A stretch of 64,000 nt of DNA from Dehalococcoidia bacterium (GCA_020845735.1 JADLFF010000034.1:10884-74883); one strand, 5' to 3'; counted from the first letter of the stretch, positions 53,782 to 62,788 are shown. Program-made: numbers and translations. Notes: generated by a model not told the origin, from the sequence alone.

Positions 53782-54552
53782 CTACGGCCCGTGGCCGTTG
53801 CCGTTGCCGTTGTCCGATCCGCCGTTGCCGTTGCCGCCGTTGCCCTCGCCGTTCCCCGAGCCGAGCGCGGCGTTGTCGGATCCCTGGTTGCCGCTCCCAG
53901 ACCCGCCGCTGCTGCCGGTCCCACCTGTTCCAGCCGTTGAGGACGGGCCTTCCGGCGTGGCCGTGGCGAGAGGGTCGGTTGGCGTGGTGGGTGGAGTGCT
54001 CGTCGCCGGTGTGGGCGCCGCGGGAGCCGCCGACGTGGCGGCGGGCGTCGGCTCTCCGGTCGGGAAGCCGCCGGCGGGGCTCACAGGGCTCGAGGCGGGA
54101 GCTCCGAGGGCAGCCGGGACCACGAGCTCGTCTGCCGCGCTGGGCGGCGGCGTCTCGAGGGCGGAGGCGCCCTCGGTGGTGGGTGCGGGCGCGTGCTGGT
54201 CGGTGTCGGCGCGCGGACTCGGTGTGTGGCCGTGCGCGGAGGTCGGCGCGCTCGGTGGGGTGAACGCGACCGGCCGACCGCCCTCGAGCGGGATGACCAG
54301 CACCCGTGCTCGCGCTTCCGAGGCGCGCAGCCACGCCTCGTCCTGCTGGATGGACGCGAGGATTCCCGGCTGGAGCGTACGGCGAGCAGTCCCGTCGATC
54401 GTCGGGGAGTAGTCCGCGGCAATCGCCGGTCGGAGGTCGAGGTCGACGCGCTTCAGCTCGCGGCGGGAGGAGGCCGTCGCGGTCAGGTCCATGATCGTGT
54501 AGCACGCGACCGCGAGGACCATCGCGAGGGCAAGGTCACGACCGCGCCGCAC
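53782..54552 (-). CDS. membrane-anchored hypothetical protein with Pro/Thr/Ala- and Gly/Asn-rich C-terminus
   Basis: GTG 54552 lies 2 nt after the HD-GYP stop. TM segment LALAMVLAVACYTIM; tail GSGNGEGNGGNGNGGSDNGNGNGHGP. Confidence 0.5.
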   Translation of the reverse strand: MRRGRDLALAMVLAVACYTIMDLTATASSRRELKRVDLDLRPAIAADYSPTIDGTARRTLQPGILASIQQDEAWLRASEARARVLVIPLEGGRPVAFTPPSAPTSAHGHTPSPRADTDQHAPAPTTEGASALETPPPSAADELVVPAALGAPASSPVSPAGGFPTGEPTPAATSAAPAAPTPATSTPPTTPTDPLATATPEGPSSTAGTGGTGSSGGSGSGNQGSDNAALGSGNGEGNGGNGNGGSDNGNGNGHGP

Positions 54553-54553
54553 C

Positions 54554-56266
54554 CTACGCGGCCCGCCGGAAGATATCAGGGTCGACCGGGACCTGGTCGA
54601 GGGTGAAGCCCCGCATCTGCGGGTCGCTCCGCCAGTAGGCATCCCACGACGTGGACACCTCCGCGAGCGCCTGCACCACGGACACATCGAGGCGTCCGTA
54701 GCTGACCTCCGCGCCGATGATCGCGAGCGCCTCCTCGCGCGTGCCACCTCGGCGGTACGGCCGGTCGGTGACCAGCGCATCGTAGTAGTCGGCCACCATG
54801 ATGATCCGAGGCGTCAGCGGCACGGCATCGCCCGCGAGCCCCAGGGGGTAGCCGCTCCCGTCCAGGCGCTCGTGGTGGAGGTACACGCCTTCCACCACCT
54901 CGGGGGCGAGCCCCACAGCCGCGAGGATGTCGTTCCCGACGACGGGGTGGACCTGGATCTGGCGGCGCTCCTCCTCGGTGAGCGCTCCGGGCTTGAGGAG
55001 CACCTCGTCGCGCACGCCGATCTTCCCGATGTCGTGGAGGTAGCCACCCACCTGGAGGTGCAACTGCTGCTCGGTGTTGAGGCCGAGGCACTGTCCGAGC
55101 AGGGACGCGAGGTGGCCCACCCGGAGCGAGTGCCCTCGGGTGTACGGATCCCGCGCATCGATTGCGGACACCAGCGAGGCGATGGCGCCGAGGTGCTGGT
55201 CCTGCAGCGCGCGGGTCATCCGGTCGAACGCGTCGCTCAGCTCGCCGATCTCGTCGCGGCGTTGCAGCCCGACTCGGGCCGTGAGGTTGCCGCCCGTGAC
55301 CGTCCGGCTGGTGCGCACCAGCTGGTCGAGCGCGTTCGTCAGGCGGCGGGCCACGCGCGCTCCCACCATCAGCGTCACGGCGATCGCGCCGAACAGCAGG
55401 AGCGACAGCTGGATGCGCGCGTCCTCGGTGGTCTCCCCGAGGAAGTCCGTGGGAAGCGCGACGGCGAGCGATCCGACCGGCTCACCCCGCAGCACCAGGT
55501 CGGAGTGGAGTTCCCGGTACGTGCGCTCGCCGAGGGCCACGGTGGTCATCTCGCCGGTGGGCGCCGCCGCTCCGGCCAGGGGGTCCTCCGCGCGGGCGAA
55601 CGACGTGGTCGCGAGGATCCGCCCGTCCCGGTCGAACGCCGTGACGTCCGCCAGCGCCTCGCGATGGGCTGCGAGCAGGGCGGTCGCCAGCCGGCTGCTG
55701 ACGAGGACAGCGCCTACGAGTTGCTCGCCCGCGCGCACCGGTGCGACCGTGACGATCCACGCCTCGCCGTCAACCTCGGCAAGTTCGATGAACTTGTCGC
55801 CCTTCTCATCGCTGGTCCCCGCAAGCACGCGCTCGATCCCCTCGAGGGCAGGCGTGCCGGCGGTGACGGGAGCGTAGGGCGCACCGGATGCCGCCGGTCG
55901 CACGAGCCCAAACTTGAGGACTCCCGCAGCGTCGAGCAGCTCGACGCGCTCGATCGTGGTGTTCGCGGCCAGCGGGCGCACGAGGGCGTCGAGCGTCTCC
56001 GGGCGTGCGCGCAGCGCTTCCGGGACTCCCGAGGTGAAGGCGATCGCGCGGGCGGTCTCGAGGTGGGCGCGCTCTCGGCGCACCAGCGACTCCGCCGCGA
56101 CGCGGCTGCCCTCGACCAGGTGCCCGACGAACCTCGATTCGGCCGATCCCGCGTAGAGCCCGGTGAGTGCGTACGCCCCCACGGCTGACGTCAGGATGAC
56201 GACCGCTGCGAACGGCAGGATGATCTGCCAGCGCACGGACACAAACGGCCTGAGTACCCTCAGCAC
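54554..56266 (-). CDS. HD-GYP domain phosphodiesterase with N-terminal double-TM sensor domain and HAMP
   Basis: HSLRVGHLA, GGYLHDIGKIGV, HHERLDGSGYP (HD-GYP). HAMP-like segment ARRLTNALDQLVRTSRTVTGGNLTARV. Confidence 0.85.
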   Translation of the reverse strand: MLRVLRPFVSVRWQIILPFAAVVILTSAVGAYALTGLYAGSAESRFVGHLVEGSRVAAESLVRRERAHLETARAIAFTSGVPEALRARPETLDALVRPLAANTTIERVELLDAAGVLKFGLVRPAASGAPYAPVTAGTPALEGIERVLAGTSDEKGDKFIELAEVDGEAWIVTVAPVRAGEQLVGAVLVSSRLATALLAAHREALADVTAFDRDGRILATTSFARAEDPLAGAAAPTGEMTTVALGERTYRELHSDLVLRGEPVGSLAVALPTDFLGETTEDARIQLSLLLFGAIAVTLMVGARVARRLTNALDQLVRTSRTVTGGNLTARVGLQRRDEIGELSDAFDRMTRALQDQHLGAIASLVSAIDARDPYTRGHSLRVGHLASLLGQCLGLNTEQQLHLQVGGYLHDIGKIGVRDEVLLKPGALTEEERRQIQVHPVVGNDILAAVGLAPEVVEGVYLHHERLDGSGYPLGLAGDAVPLTPRIIMVADYYDALVTDRPYRRGGTREEALAIIGAEVSYGRLDVSVVQALAEVSTSWDAYWRSDPQMRGFTLDQVPVDPDIFRRAA

Positions 56267-56604
56267 TCGCGTTCACCTAGCTCGCGGGCCTTTGGGTTGA
56301 TCGTCGGACGCTGTCCGCGGCCCGAATAGCCCGCGCGCTGGCTGGCGCGACCTCGATGTGCGTCCCCCTGGCCTCAGGACGTGGTCCCGTCGCTCCGATG
56401 AGGAGCGCGAGGTACTAGTCGTACGGCGGTGATGCCGCCCGCACGGCGCGCGCGGAACCCCTCGAGGCGGCGCGCGCCTCGAGCCACGCGCCGCCCCGCT
56501 CACGAGTCGGTGGTCTCACCTCGTGCTCACCTCGTGCTCACGTCGCGCTCGCCGGGCGCTCGCCCGCGGGGTTCCCACGGCGAGCCGTGCCTCGGCGGTC
56601 CGCG

Positions 56605-57579
56605 CTACACGCAGCGCACGAAGAAGGGCGTCGCCCCCTCCAGCGAGGCGGGGAGGCCCGCGTTGGCAGCCGGCGGCGCGCCGGCGATCATGATGCGCCA
56701 GGTCCCCTGCTGCAGCAGCGCCAGCGTCTCGACAGAGCATCCGCCCGAGGCGAGTGCGCCCGTCAGCTGCGACACGGGCTGGGCCGCGCCCGGACTCGTC
56801 ACCAGCAGCCCCGCCGAGGACGGGCGCGGCGCCGGTCCCACGAACGGGGTGCTCGGTGCCGTGGCGGTAGCGGTTGCCGTCGCCGTGGCGGTGGCCGTGC
56901 CGGTCGCTGTGGCGGTGGCGGTCGCCGTCGAGGTGGCCGTGGCTGTGCTTGCTGCGGCGAGCTGCGCTGAGATCGTGAGCGGGTCGAGCGGCAGTCCGGC
57001 GGTGTAGAACCCCGCGAACGCCTGGGCGCCCGAGGCCGTCAGCGTGGACTGGATGCCCGTCCAGTTCACGACGTTCGTGCCGGGCACAGCGGAGGCGCCC
57101 GTGAGGGTCGCGAGGGTCACGCCCGTGTACGGCACAGTCGTGGCCGACTCGAGCGACTTGCTGGTGATGTCGGCGACCAGCGACCCGCTGCCGCCCGAGA
57201 GCTGCACCCGCACGTTCGACACCACCATGTCGAGCTGGCCCGAATGCCCCTGGAAGCGCACGCTCCCCGAGAACGTGAACGATCCCACGCCGGTGCTCGC
57301 GTCATACGTGCCGCTGGCGAGTGGGAAGCGGTAGGTTCCGTCGCCGTTCACCGAGGCGCCGCCCTGAGGGCTCGTGCTGCCCTTCGCGATCGGCCCCACG
57401 ATGTAGCTGCGGAACGACTCCTTGATCCCCCAGTTGAGGTAGCCGCCCGTCGTCGTGACCTGCGCCGCCTCGAGGGGTGCCATCATCGCGAGGCCGCCCA
57501 CCAGGCCGGCGACAGCCACCACGATCACCGCCACCGACTGCCGCAGGCGCGACGCGCGCGCCATCGACTCGTGTCTCAT
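56605..57579 (-). CDS. htaA: HtaA-domain (heme-binding) secreted protein with (Thr-Ala)n linker and unknown C-terminal domain
   Basis: Signal/anchor, GGYLNWGIKESFRSYIVG...FSGSVRFQGHSGQLDM..SNVRVQL...GAQAFAGFYTAG (HtaA pattern), then TATATSTATATATATGTATATATATATATA. ATGA overlap with the hmuV stop. Confidence 0.8.
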   Translation of the reverse strand: MRHESMARASRLRQSVAVIVVAVAGLVGGLAMMAPLEAAQVTTTGGYLNWGIKESFRSYIVGPIAKGSTSPQGGASVNGDGTYRFPLASGTYDASTGVGSFTFSGSVRFQGHSGQLDMVVSNVRVQLSGGSGSLVADITSKSLESATTVPYTGVTLATLTGASAVPGTNVVNWTGIQSTLTASGAQAFAGFYTAGLPLDPLTISAQLAAASTATATSTATATATATGTATATATATATATAPSTPFVGPAPRPSSAGLLVTSPGAAQPVSQLTGALASGGCSVETLALLQQGTWRIMIAGAPPAANAGLPASLEGATPFFVRCV

Positions 57580-58460
57580 TCGGATTCCCCTTTCGCGGAG
57601 CCAACCAGCAAGCGTTCGCGTAGCTCCTCGGTGCGGTCGTCCCCTTGCCCGCTCGCGGCTGGCGACCGCGCGGCCACCACCACGGGCGTGCCGGTCCGCG
57701 GATGGGGCAGCACGTCCAGCTCGTGCTGATACACCGAGGTCAGAATCGTGTCCCGGAGGACGCTCGACGGCGGTCCCACCACGACGAGCGCCCCTCGAGC
57801 GAGGAGCGCGACGCGGTCCGCGTACGCCGCCGCCAGCCCGAGGTCGTGCATGACGACGACCGCCGCTGCACCGCCCTCGACCTGCCGGCGCACGCCCTGC
57901 ATCAGCAGCTCCTGGTGATGCACGTCGAGTGCCGCGGTCGGCTCATCGAGGAGGAGCAGGCGCGCACGCTGGGCAACAAGCCGGGCGAACGCGACTCGGG
58001 CGCGCTCACCTCCTGACAGCGACGTGAACTCCCGCGAGGCAAGGTCGGCCGCGTCCGCCTCGCGGAGGGCTTCCGCGACGATCGCTTCGTCCTCGGCCGG
58101 CGTGGTGTGCGCGGCCCACGGCGCGCGCGCCATCCGCACGACCTCGGCGACGGTGAACGGGAACGCGAGGTCGAACTGCTGAGGCAGCACCGCACGACAC
58201 CTCGCGAGGTCGCCGCGGCGCCAGCGCCGGAGCGGCGCGCCGTCCACCAGGACCTCCCCCGCGGTCGCAGGAAGGTCGCCCGCGAGCACGTGGAGCAGCG
58301 TCGACTTGCCCGCGCCGTTCGGACCGACCAGCGCCACCACCTCACCGGCGTGCACCTCGAGGTCGACGGCCTCGAGCACGAGGTGACTGCGTTGCTTCGC
58401 GGCGACGCCGCGCGCCTCGACGAGCGCGTGCGCTGATCGAGCTGGCGTGCTGGCGGTCAT
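57576..58460 (-). CDS. hmuV: heme/iron-siderophore ABC transporter ATP-binding protein
   Basis: Trimmed to ATG 58460 (ATGA overlap). GPNGAGKSTLL (Walker A), LSGGERARV (signature), LLLLDEPTAALD (Walker B). Confidence 0.88.
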   Translation of the reverse strand: MTASTPARSAHALVEARGVAAKQRSHLVLEAVDLEVHAGEVVALVGPNGAGKSTLLHVLAGDLPATAGEVLVDGAPLRRWRRGDLARCRAVLPQQFDLAFPFTVAEVVRMARAPWAAHTTPAEDEAIVAEALREADAADLASREFTSLSGGERARVAFARLVAQRARLLLLDEPTAALDVHHQELLMQGVRRQVEGGAAAVVVMHDLGLAAAYADRVALLARGALVVVGPPSSVLRDTILTSVYQHELDVLPHPRTGTPVVVAARSPAASGQGDDRTEELRERLLVGSAKGESE

Positions 58461-59560
58461 GCCCAGCCGCCCTGCCGCGAGCGCGTCCGCCGCAGGAGCC
58501 AGAAGAACAGCGGGCTGCCGAGCAGCGAGGTGAGCACGCCGAGGGGCAACTCTGCCGGCGCCGCCGCCACCCTCGCCACCAGGTCCGCGCTGACCAGGAT
58601 GAGCGATCCACCGAGGGCCGAGGCGGGGAGCAGGAGCGTGTGCCTCGGCCCCGCGACCATCCGCACGAGGTGCGGCGTCACGAGGCCGACGAACATCACG
58701 ATGCCCGAGACGGCGACCGCGGCCGCCGTCAGCAGCGCGACGACGGTGAGGCAGGTGATGCGCAGCCGCTCCACGTCCACTCCGAGGTGCGCCGCGGGCC
58801 GCTCGCCCAGCGCAAGCAGGTCGAGCTGCCGTGCCTGCGTGAACGCGAGCACGGTCGCCACCACGCCCACCGGGAACACGACGGCGACTCGGGCCCACGT
58901 GGCGCCGCCGACGCTTCCGAGCGTCCAGAAGGTGATCGAACGCAGCTCGCCGTCCTGCGCGAAGAACATGAGCAGTCCGATGATGGCCCCGGTCATGGCG
59001 TTCACCGCGATGCCCGTGAGGACCAGCGTGACCACCTCGGTGCGGCCGTCGGCCCGCGCCGAGGTGTACACGCCGAAGACCGTGACGAGTCCTCCGAGGA
59101 ACGCCGCGCCGGTGATGCTCCACGTCCCGCCGCTGCCGAGGCCGAGCACGATGTGCGCCACCGCCCCGACCACCGCGCCGGACGACACGCCGATCACGCC
59201 CGGCTCCGCGAGGGGGTTCGCAAACGCGCCCTGCATCACCGCGCCGGCCACCCCGAGGGATCCCCCGACGATCAGCGCGAGCGCGATGCGTGGGAATCGG
59301 ATCTCCCACAGCACCTGGTCTCCCATGTCCGCCGGCACCGGCCCGATCGCGAGGCCCGCGCGATGCGCGACAGAGCCGAGCACCTCGGCGGGTGTGAGGG
59401 CGTACGCGCCCGCACCGGCCGCGACGACCACGGCCACGCAGAGCGCCACCGTGAGCCCTCCGAGCAGCAACGCGGGGCGCATCCGGCGAATCGACGGCAC
59501 GACGCGCGGGACCACGGCGCGCACGGCCGGCGGTTGATGTGGCTTTGCGATCTGCGTCAC
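58457..59560 (-). CDS. hmuU: FecCD-family heme/iron ABC transporter permease
   Basis: 367 aa polytopic. RFPRIALALIVGGSLGVAGAVMQGAFANPLAEPGVIGVSSGA. GTGA overlap with the hmuT stop. Confidence 0.88.
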   Translation of the reverse strand: MTQIAKPHQPPAVRAVVPRVVPSIRRMRPALLLGGLTVALCVAVVVAAGAGAYALTPAEVLGSVAHRAGLAIGPVPADMGDQVLWEIRFPRIALALIVGGSLGVAGAVMQGAFANPLAEPGVIGVSSGAVVGAVAHIVLGLGSGGTWSITGAAFLGGLVTVFGVYTSARADGRTEVVTLVLTGIAVNAMTGAIIGLLMFFAQDGELRSITFWTLGSVGGATWARVAVVFPVGVVATVLAFTQARQLDLLALGERPAAHLGVDVERLRITCLTVVALLTAAAVAVSGIVMFVGLVTPHLVRMVAGPRHTLLLPASALGGSLILVSADLVARVAAAPAELPLGVLTSLLGSPLFFWLLRRTRSRQGGWA

Positions 59561-60570
59561 GGCCGCGCTCCGGCACTCGGCGCGGCCGTGCGCGGGGCGT
59601 GCAACCCCTCGATCAGCGCGCGGAGGGCGACCGGTGTGCGCGGGCCGAACGCGAACAGCAGGCTGTCCTCGAGGGTGACGATGCGGCGATCGCGGCCCGC
59701 GGGCGTCTGCGCGATGCCGGGGATTTGCACCAGCCCCTCGATGCCCCCGACAGACTCGAGGCCGGTCGTGGTCATGAGGATCACCTCGGGCGCCGCGCGC
59801 ACCAGCGCCTCGCTGCTGATCGGGGTGAACGGCCGGTCGAGGCCCATCGCGGTGCCGGCGTCCGTGGCTCCCGCCGCGACGATCATCGAGTCGGCGCCGG
59901 ACCGCGGCCCGCCGATGAGGTACACGCCCGCGTGTCCTCGCATGTAGAGGAACGCGACGCGCGGCGCGACCGCCGGCGCCTGCACCTCGTCGCGCGCGGC
60001 TGCCATCGCGGCCTCGGTTCGCGCGGCGAGGTCCTCACCCGCCGCCGGTACGCCGAGGGCGGCCGCGATCGTGCGGATGCGCGGCACGACGTCGTCGACG
60101 CTCTGCGGCTCGGCGAAGCGCACGACGGGGACACCGACGTTGCGAATGTGGTCGATCGCACTCGCGGGGCCCGTGTCCACCGAGGCAAGGACGAGCGTGG
60201 GGTGCAGCGACAGCACGGACTCCGCAGAGACGTCGTGGGCGCGGGTCACGAGGGGAATCGCCTCGGCCTCCGGGAAGGTGGCCGTGATGTCGCGCCCGAC
60301 GACCCGATCGCCCAGCCCGAGCCCGAACACGATCTCGGTGACGTTGCCCCAGAGGGAGACGATGCGCGTGGTGTCGGTGATCGTCACCTCGCGACCGTCC
60401 GCAGAACGCACCGTCACGGGCAGGGCGGGCGCCACGGGCGTGCCGACGACGACCTGCGGCTGAGGCGTCGCCGCGCCAACCCCGACCTCGGGCGGCCGGG
60501 CGGCGCCGGTGGTGGTGCAGGCGGCAGCAACGAGCGCCCAGGCCAGCACGGCCACGCGAGGGAAGCTCAT
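59557..60570 (-). CDS. hmuT: heme/hemin ABC transporter substrate-binding lipoprotein
   Basis: Trimmed to ATG 60570 (ATGA overlap with the upstream gene). Lipobox LVAAAC; class III SBP pattern RIVSL.GNVTEIVFGLGLGDRVVG. Confidence 0.8.
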   Translation of the reverse strand: MSFPRVAVLAWALVAAACTTTGAARPPEVGVGAATPQPQVVVGTPVAPALPVTVRSADGREVTITDTTRIVSLWGNVTEIVFGLGLGDRVVGRDITATFPEAEAIPLVTRAHDVSAESVLSLHPTLVLASVDTGPASAIDHIRNVGVPVVRFAEPQSVDDVVPRIRTIAAALGVPAAGEDLAARTEAAMAAARDEVQAPAVAPRVAFLYMRGHAGVYLIGGPRSGADSMIVAAGATDAGTAMGLDRPFTPISSEALVRAAPEVILMTTTGLESVGGIEGLVQIPGIAQTPAGRDRRIVTLEDSLLFAFGPRTPVALRALIEGLHAPRTAAPSAGARP

Positions 60571-61976
60571 CGCACCGTCTCGGTCCGCCGCCGCCGGAGG
60601 AGCATCGCCGAGTACGCAAGCAGCACGAGGGTCGAGACGAGGCCGGCCAGCGCGAGCGGCACGATGTCGAGGCGCTCGCCTCGGGCGGTCTCCGTGGCTG
60701 CGGCGGCCTCGTCCGCGACAGGCGCGGAGGCAGCGGGCTCCGAGGCGCTGGCGGGCGCGGGCTCGACCGCGGCCGGAGGCACCTCGACGAACGACACCGG
60801 GACGAACAGCTCGACCTCGGTCGCGCGTACGCCCTCCGTGTCCGCGCGCGTGCCGAGGGCGCACGCGACGACTCGGCAGTCGGTCTTCGCATCGATGATG
60901 GGCTTCACCGAGAGCGTGACGTCGAACGCGCCGTCGTCGCCGTAAGGCCGCGCGAGCGCGCGTGCGTACTCGGGCGGATTCGAGGAGATCCACGCCGACG
61001 CCGCGGTGCCGGCGGTGCAGGGGCCGGGCTTGCCGCCATCGGGCGGGACGGCGCAGATCGCGACGAACACACCTCGCGAGGTGTCGTACCCGGTGCCGCG
61101 CACGCGCACGTCGGCGCCCCCGGCGTCGAGGGCGATATCGCCCTCGACGCGCAGTTGCGCTCCCCCTCGAGTTGCGCCGCGCGAATCGGCATCGAGGAGG
61201 GCGGGCACTTCGGGCCGCACGGCAGGCGCCGCCGCGACGAGCTGCGCGGGCGCCACGGCCGGCGCCTCAGCGGGCGCGATGGTGCTCGAGACGGTGCTCG
61301 GGATGGCGGGCGCGAGGACCTCACGCGGGATGTCCGGAGGCGCACCGGCGGCGCTGACAACCTCCGAGGCAGGTGGTGTGGCGAGCGCAGCGGCCACGGG
61401 TGGGGCATCGGCTCCCGCGAACGTGATCGGGACGAAGACGTCCTGCGAGCGATCGCTGGTGCGGCGGTGGTCATTGCGCGAGACGACGGCACAGCGCACG
61501 ACGCGGCAGTCGGTCGTCGGGTTGATCTGCGGACTCACGGCGAGGGTGAACGAGAACGAGCCGCCCGCCTCGTACGGCGTGGCGAGGCCGTCGCCGTACG
61601 ACGGTGTGTCGGTGGCGGGCGAGACCCACCTCGCCGCCCCCGAGGAGCCCTCGAGGTCGATGTCGCCGCCACACGGCGTCGGGAGCTGGTTGAGCGCCGG
61701 GATCACGCAGAAGGCGACGTAGAGGCCCTTCTCCTCGTTGAACCCGGTGCCGCTCACGGTGACGACCTCGCCACCGGCGCCGAGCACGGCCTTCGACACG
61801 GTCAGCGTGCGGCGGCCGTCCGAGGCGGTGCGTCCGTCACTCGAGAGCCGCGTGATCGGAGCGACCAGCGGGTCGTCGGCCACCTGGGCGGCGGTCGTGC
61901 GCGGCTCCATCACGAGGCCGGTGAGGATGAGCCCGACGACGACGATCGCGCCGCGGTAGAGCGAGCTAATGGCCAT
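60567..61976 (-). CDS. uncharacterised secreted, C-terminally anchored protein with two homologous approximately 125-aa Cys-pair domains (neocarzinostatin/Ig-like by eye)
   Basis: Signal peptide. Internal repeat aa 56-187 and 273-396 sharing V.V.GTG[FY]...[KR]G[LV][YF]VA[FI]C..P...PC....W[VI]S...LA.PY..G.F..TL.V.P.I...TDCRVV.CA...FVP[IV].F. Pro/Ala linkers. C-terminal helix plus RRRR. First gene of the hmu operon. Confidence 0.75.
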   Translation of the reverse strand: MAISSLYRGAIVVVGLILTGLVMEPRTTAAQVADDPLVAPITRLSSDGRTASDGRRTLTVSKAVLGAGGEVVTVSGTGFNEEKGLYVAFCVIPALNQLPTPCGGDIDLEGSSGAARWVSPATDTPSYGDGLATPYEAGGSFSFTLAVSPQINPTTDCRVVRCAVVSRNDHRRTSDRSQDVFVPITFAGADAPPVAAALATPPASEVVSAAGAPPDIPREVLAPAIPSTVSSTIAPAEAPAVAPAQLVAAAPAVRPEVPALLDADSRGATRGGAQLRVEGDIALDAGGADVRVRGTGYDTSRGVFVAICAVPPDGGKPGPCTAGTAASAWISSNPPEYARALARPYGDDGAFDVTLSVKPIIDAKTDCRVVACALGTRADTEGVRATEVELFVPVSFVEVPPAAVEPAPASASEPAASAPVADEAAAATETARGERLDIVPLALAGLVSTLVLLAYSAMLLRRRRTETVR

Positions 61977-62067
61977 GGTTAGACTAATATCAGTTCGTAG
62001 GACATACTAGCAACTGCCATTCTATTCCACTAACTCTCACCAAATCGATGAGACGAGAGGACCCCCG
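61974..62067. promoter_or_regulatory. AT-rich divergent control region: IdeR/DtxR-like palindrome GGTTAGACTAAT overlapping a candidate minus-strand promoter (-35 TTGCTA, 18 nt, -10 TATTAG)
   Basis: The stretch from 61975 reads CATGGTTAGACTAATATCA, matching 13/19 positions of TWAGGTTAGSCTAACCTWA (by eye). The -10 ends 7 nt before the ATG at 61976 and no SD is present, so the transcript may be leaderless. The hmuO gene has a GAGAGGA RBS. Confidence 0.35.
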
Positions 62068-62724
62068 ATGCAGAGCGCAGTCGACATCGCCGACGCGGCC
62101 ACCTCGTTCTCGGCGGCGCTGCGCAGCGCCAGCCAGGCGGCCCACCGTCGCGCCGAACAGTCGGCGTTCATGCGCAACCTCGGGCGCTCGCAGGTCTCGC
62201 GAGAGCAGTACATCGACTTCGCCGCGCAGCAGTACTTCGTCTACGCCATCCTCGAGGAGGCGGCGGCGGTCTGGCGCGACGACCCGCTGCTCGCGCCGAT
62301 GCTCAGCCGCGACCTCGCGCGCGTCCCCGCCATCGAGGAGGACCTCGCGCACCTGATTGGCGACGACTGGCGCGCTGCCATCTCCGCCTCCGAGCCCACC
62401 CGCGCCTACTGCGCGCGCCTCCTCGAGGTCTGCTTCGACTGGGCGGGCGGCATGGTCGCGCACCACTACGTGCGCTACATGGGTGACCTCTCCGGTGGCC
62501 AGATCATCCGTCACACCATCGAGCGCACCCTCGGGTTTGACGCGACCAACGGCGCGCGCTTCTACGAGTTCGACCGGGTCCCGGATCTGGCCGCGTTCAA
62601 GGGCTCGTACCGCGGCCACCTCGACGCCCTGCCGTGGCCGGCCGCCGAGCGAGCGCGCGTGATCGAGGAAGTGCTCCACGCCTACGAGCTGAACACGCGC
62701 ATGCTCGAGGTGCTGGGCGGCTGA
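62068..62724 (+). CDS. hmuO: heme oxygenase (HO-1/HmuO family)
   Basis: 218 aa. AHRRAEQSAFMRNL (proximal His region), YVRYMGDLSGGQIIR, F..VPD...FK..YR..LD. Confidence 0.88.
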   Translation: MQSAVDIADAATSFSAALRSASQAAHRRAEQSAFMRNLGRSQVSREQYIDFAAQQYFVYAILEEAAAVWRDDPLLAPMLSRDLARVPAIEEDLAHLIGDDWRAAISASEPTRAYCARLLEVCFDWAGGMVAHHYVRYMGDLSGGQIIRHTIERTLGFDATNGARFYEFDRVPDLAAFKGSYRGHLDALPWPAAERARVIEEVLHAYELNTRMLEVLGG

Positions 62725-62788
62725 CGTCGGCGAGGCGCCTGCCTCCCCGCCGCCCGTCCCTCGAGCATGCGCCCGCACCGGAGCGACC

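Noticed and set aside
57576-59576. Over-long track ORFs: 57576..59576 (666 aa), 59557..60993 (478 aa), 4534..5736, 8802..9731, 32020..33579, 35874..36692, 28763..30658 and 45576..46937.
   Set aside because: Only the C-terminal parts show family motifs. The N-terminal parts overlap the upstream gene in another frame and are Arg-rich. I trimmed each to an internal start that abuts or overlaps the upstream stop.
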